Below, piece by piece: positions 62,920-64,000 of a DNA stretch of 64,000 nucleotides; position 1 is the stretch's first letter, and the number at the start of each line of letters is the position of its first letter. Position numbers and translations under genes: made by a program. The notes beneath the pieces were generated by a model that was given only the letters and a program-made list of their open reading frames with translations, did not search any database and was not told the DNA's origin. Origin of the DNA: Actinomycetes bacterium (GTDB lineage Bacteria > Actinomycetota > Acidimicrobiia > Acidimicrobiales > Bog-793); contig JAJZBI010000006.1 in NCBI GenBank assembly GCA_021798985.1, positions 74,716-138,715 of the forward strand. The letters are read 5' to 3'.

Positions 62920-63731
62920 GCGTGCAGGCCCCACACGACGATGCCCGGACGCGGGCCACGGGCCGCCTCGAGTCGGCGCTTCGCGAGCGCCGGGCGGCGG
63001 GGCGCAAGCTCCTCGTCCCCTACGTGACCGGCGGCCTCGGGGCGGACTGGGTCGACATCGTGCGGGCGCTCGCCGCGGCGGGCGCCGATGGCATCGAGGT
63101 CGGCATCCCCTTCTCGGACCCGGTGATGGACGGTCCGGTGATCCAGGAGGCCTCCCAGCGGGCCCTCGCGCAGGGCGCGACGCCGCGCTCGGTGCTGGCG
63201 GGCATCGCGTCGGCCGAGGTGGACACGCCGATCGCCGTCATGACCTACTACAACCTCATCGCCCGGGCGGGCGACAAGCGCATGGCGGCCGAGCTCGCGC
63301 GCGCCGGGGTGGCGGCGGCGATCCTGCCGGACCTGCCGCTCGAAGAGGCGCGGCCGTGGTGCGCCGAGGCGGACGCCGCCGGGGTCGAGACGGTGATGCT
63401 CGCCGCCCCGACGACCCCCGACGAGCGCCTCGCCCGCCTGGCCCAGCGCGGCCGCGGCTTCCTCTATGCCGTCGGGCTGCTCGGGGTGACGGGGGAGCGC
63501 AGCCAGCTGGCCGAGTCGGCGCTTGCCATCGCGCGGCGCTGCAAGCAGGTGACCGATCTCCCCGTGCTCGTCGGCGTGGGGGTCTCCAATGCCAGCCAGG
63601 CGCGGGCGATCTGCGAGGTCGCCGACGGGGTCGTCGTGGGCTCGGCGCTCGTGCGTCGCATCCTCGAGGGCGCGGGGCCCGACGGCGCCGGCGAGTTCAT
63701 CGGCGAGCTGCGCCAGGCGCTCGACAGCTAG
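62916..63731 (+). CDS. trpA: Tryptophan synthase alpha chain
   Basis: [37 protein letters not shown] and [17 protein letters not shown] overlap with trpB. Confidence 0.93.
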   Translation: MSVQAPHDDARTRATGRLESALRERRAAGRKLLVPYVTGGLGADWVDIVRALAAAGADGIEVGIPFSDPVMDGPVIQEASQRALAQGATPRSVLAGIASAEVDTPIAVMTYYNLIARAGDKRMAAELARAGVAAAILPDLPLEEARPWCAEADAAGVETVMLAAPTTPDERLARLAQRGRGFLYAVGLLGVTGERSQLAESALAIARRCKQVTDLPVLVGVGVSNASQARAICEVADGVVVGSALVRRILEGAGPDGAGEFIGELRQALDS

Positions 63732-64000
63732 GCGCCGCCGACGAGCGCCGCGAGGGCACCGCGCGCCCCGAGGCGGTGGAACGCGTCGAGCGCGAAGCGG
63801 TAGGCGGCGCCGAAGGCCTCGTGCGCCGCCAGGTCGCCGAACAGCGTCGGGTCCCGCACGAAGGCAAGGGGGTCGTCCCGCTGGGCTCGGGCCCGGCGCA
63901 TCACCTCGTCGCGCCGCGCGTCGACGACGATGAGCTCCTCGCCATCCTCGCCGCGCCCTTCGGCGTAGCGGGCCCAGCTGGCGAGGATCGCCGCGCCGAG
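63728..64000 (-). CDS. 3' end of an unidentified minus-strand gene running off the window
   Basis: My manual reverse translation gives about 90 stop-free codons, ...[90 protein letters not shown], with strongly G/C-ending codons. The stop overlaps the trpA stop (CTAG). It is absent from the ORF track because no start lies in the window. Confidence 0.4.
   Translation of the reverse strand, partial: LGAAILASWARYAEGRGEDGEELIVVDARRDEVMRRARAQRDDPLAFVRDPTLFGDLAAHEAFGAAYRFALDAFHRLGARGALAALVGGA

Overview
A 64-kb, very high-G+C chromosomal segment. Gene content looks actinobacterial: an MshD-type mycothiol synthase and his-trp synteny like Mycobacterium/Streptomyces. This taxonomic placement is inference.

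Layout, left to right:
(1) nt 1-13.3k: a visibly lower-G+C block. It encodes a non-phosphorylative sugar-acid pathway set (two enolase-superfamily dehydratases, an amidohydrolase-2 lactonase-like enzyme, a DapA-family aldolase, an MDR dehydrogenase), a leaderless Cys-type sulfatase and two parallel beta-helix proteins, one of them exported with duplicated CBM-like domains.
(2) nt 13.7-23.6k, minus strand: amidohydrolase, aldose 1-epimerase, then a signalling operon. The operon holds a 1660-aa soluble hybrid histidine kinase with about ten tandem 92-aa HAMP units, a receiver fused to an RsbW-like ATPase, a GAF-PP2C phosphatase and a protein with two ClpX-type zinc-finger domains.
(3) nt 24-37.7k: an FAH-family hydrolase, two unknown small genes, a divergent pair of arylsulfotransferase (ASST)-like beta-propeller paralogs, and an Fe-S-type Rrf2 regulator with an extra domain. 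Divergent from the regulator is an operon of a third propeller protein, a radical-SAM/SPASM-like enzyme, a B12-binding radical-SAM enzyme, heme A synthase CtaA and a phosphoesterase.
(4) nt 37.7-46.4k: housekeeping genes (NUDIX, threonine dehydratase, rlmN, mshD, nth). They surround a SipW-type signal peptidase fused to a coiled coil and a DUF2510-like tail, with two putative cargo proteins, and an ORF-poor stretch of about 0.9 kb.
(5) nt 46.5-63.7k: a his-trp supraoperon (hisD-C-B-H-A-F, GroES-like gene, hisI, trpE, ygfZ-like ... trpC-F-B-A) with many overlapping stop/start junctions. It is interrupted by a five-gene opposite-strand signalling block: STAS, RsbW-like, PP2C, and a two-component pair.

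I found no rRNA, tRNA, CRISPR array, transposase or integrase. Many long ORFs in the track are antisense or off-frame shadows typical of high-G+C DNA and were rejected. All functional calls rest on motifs read by eye from the translations; no database search was run.
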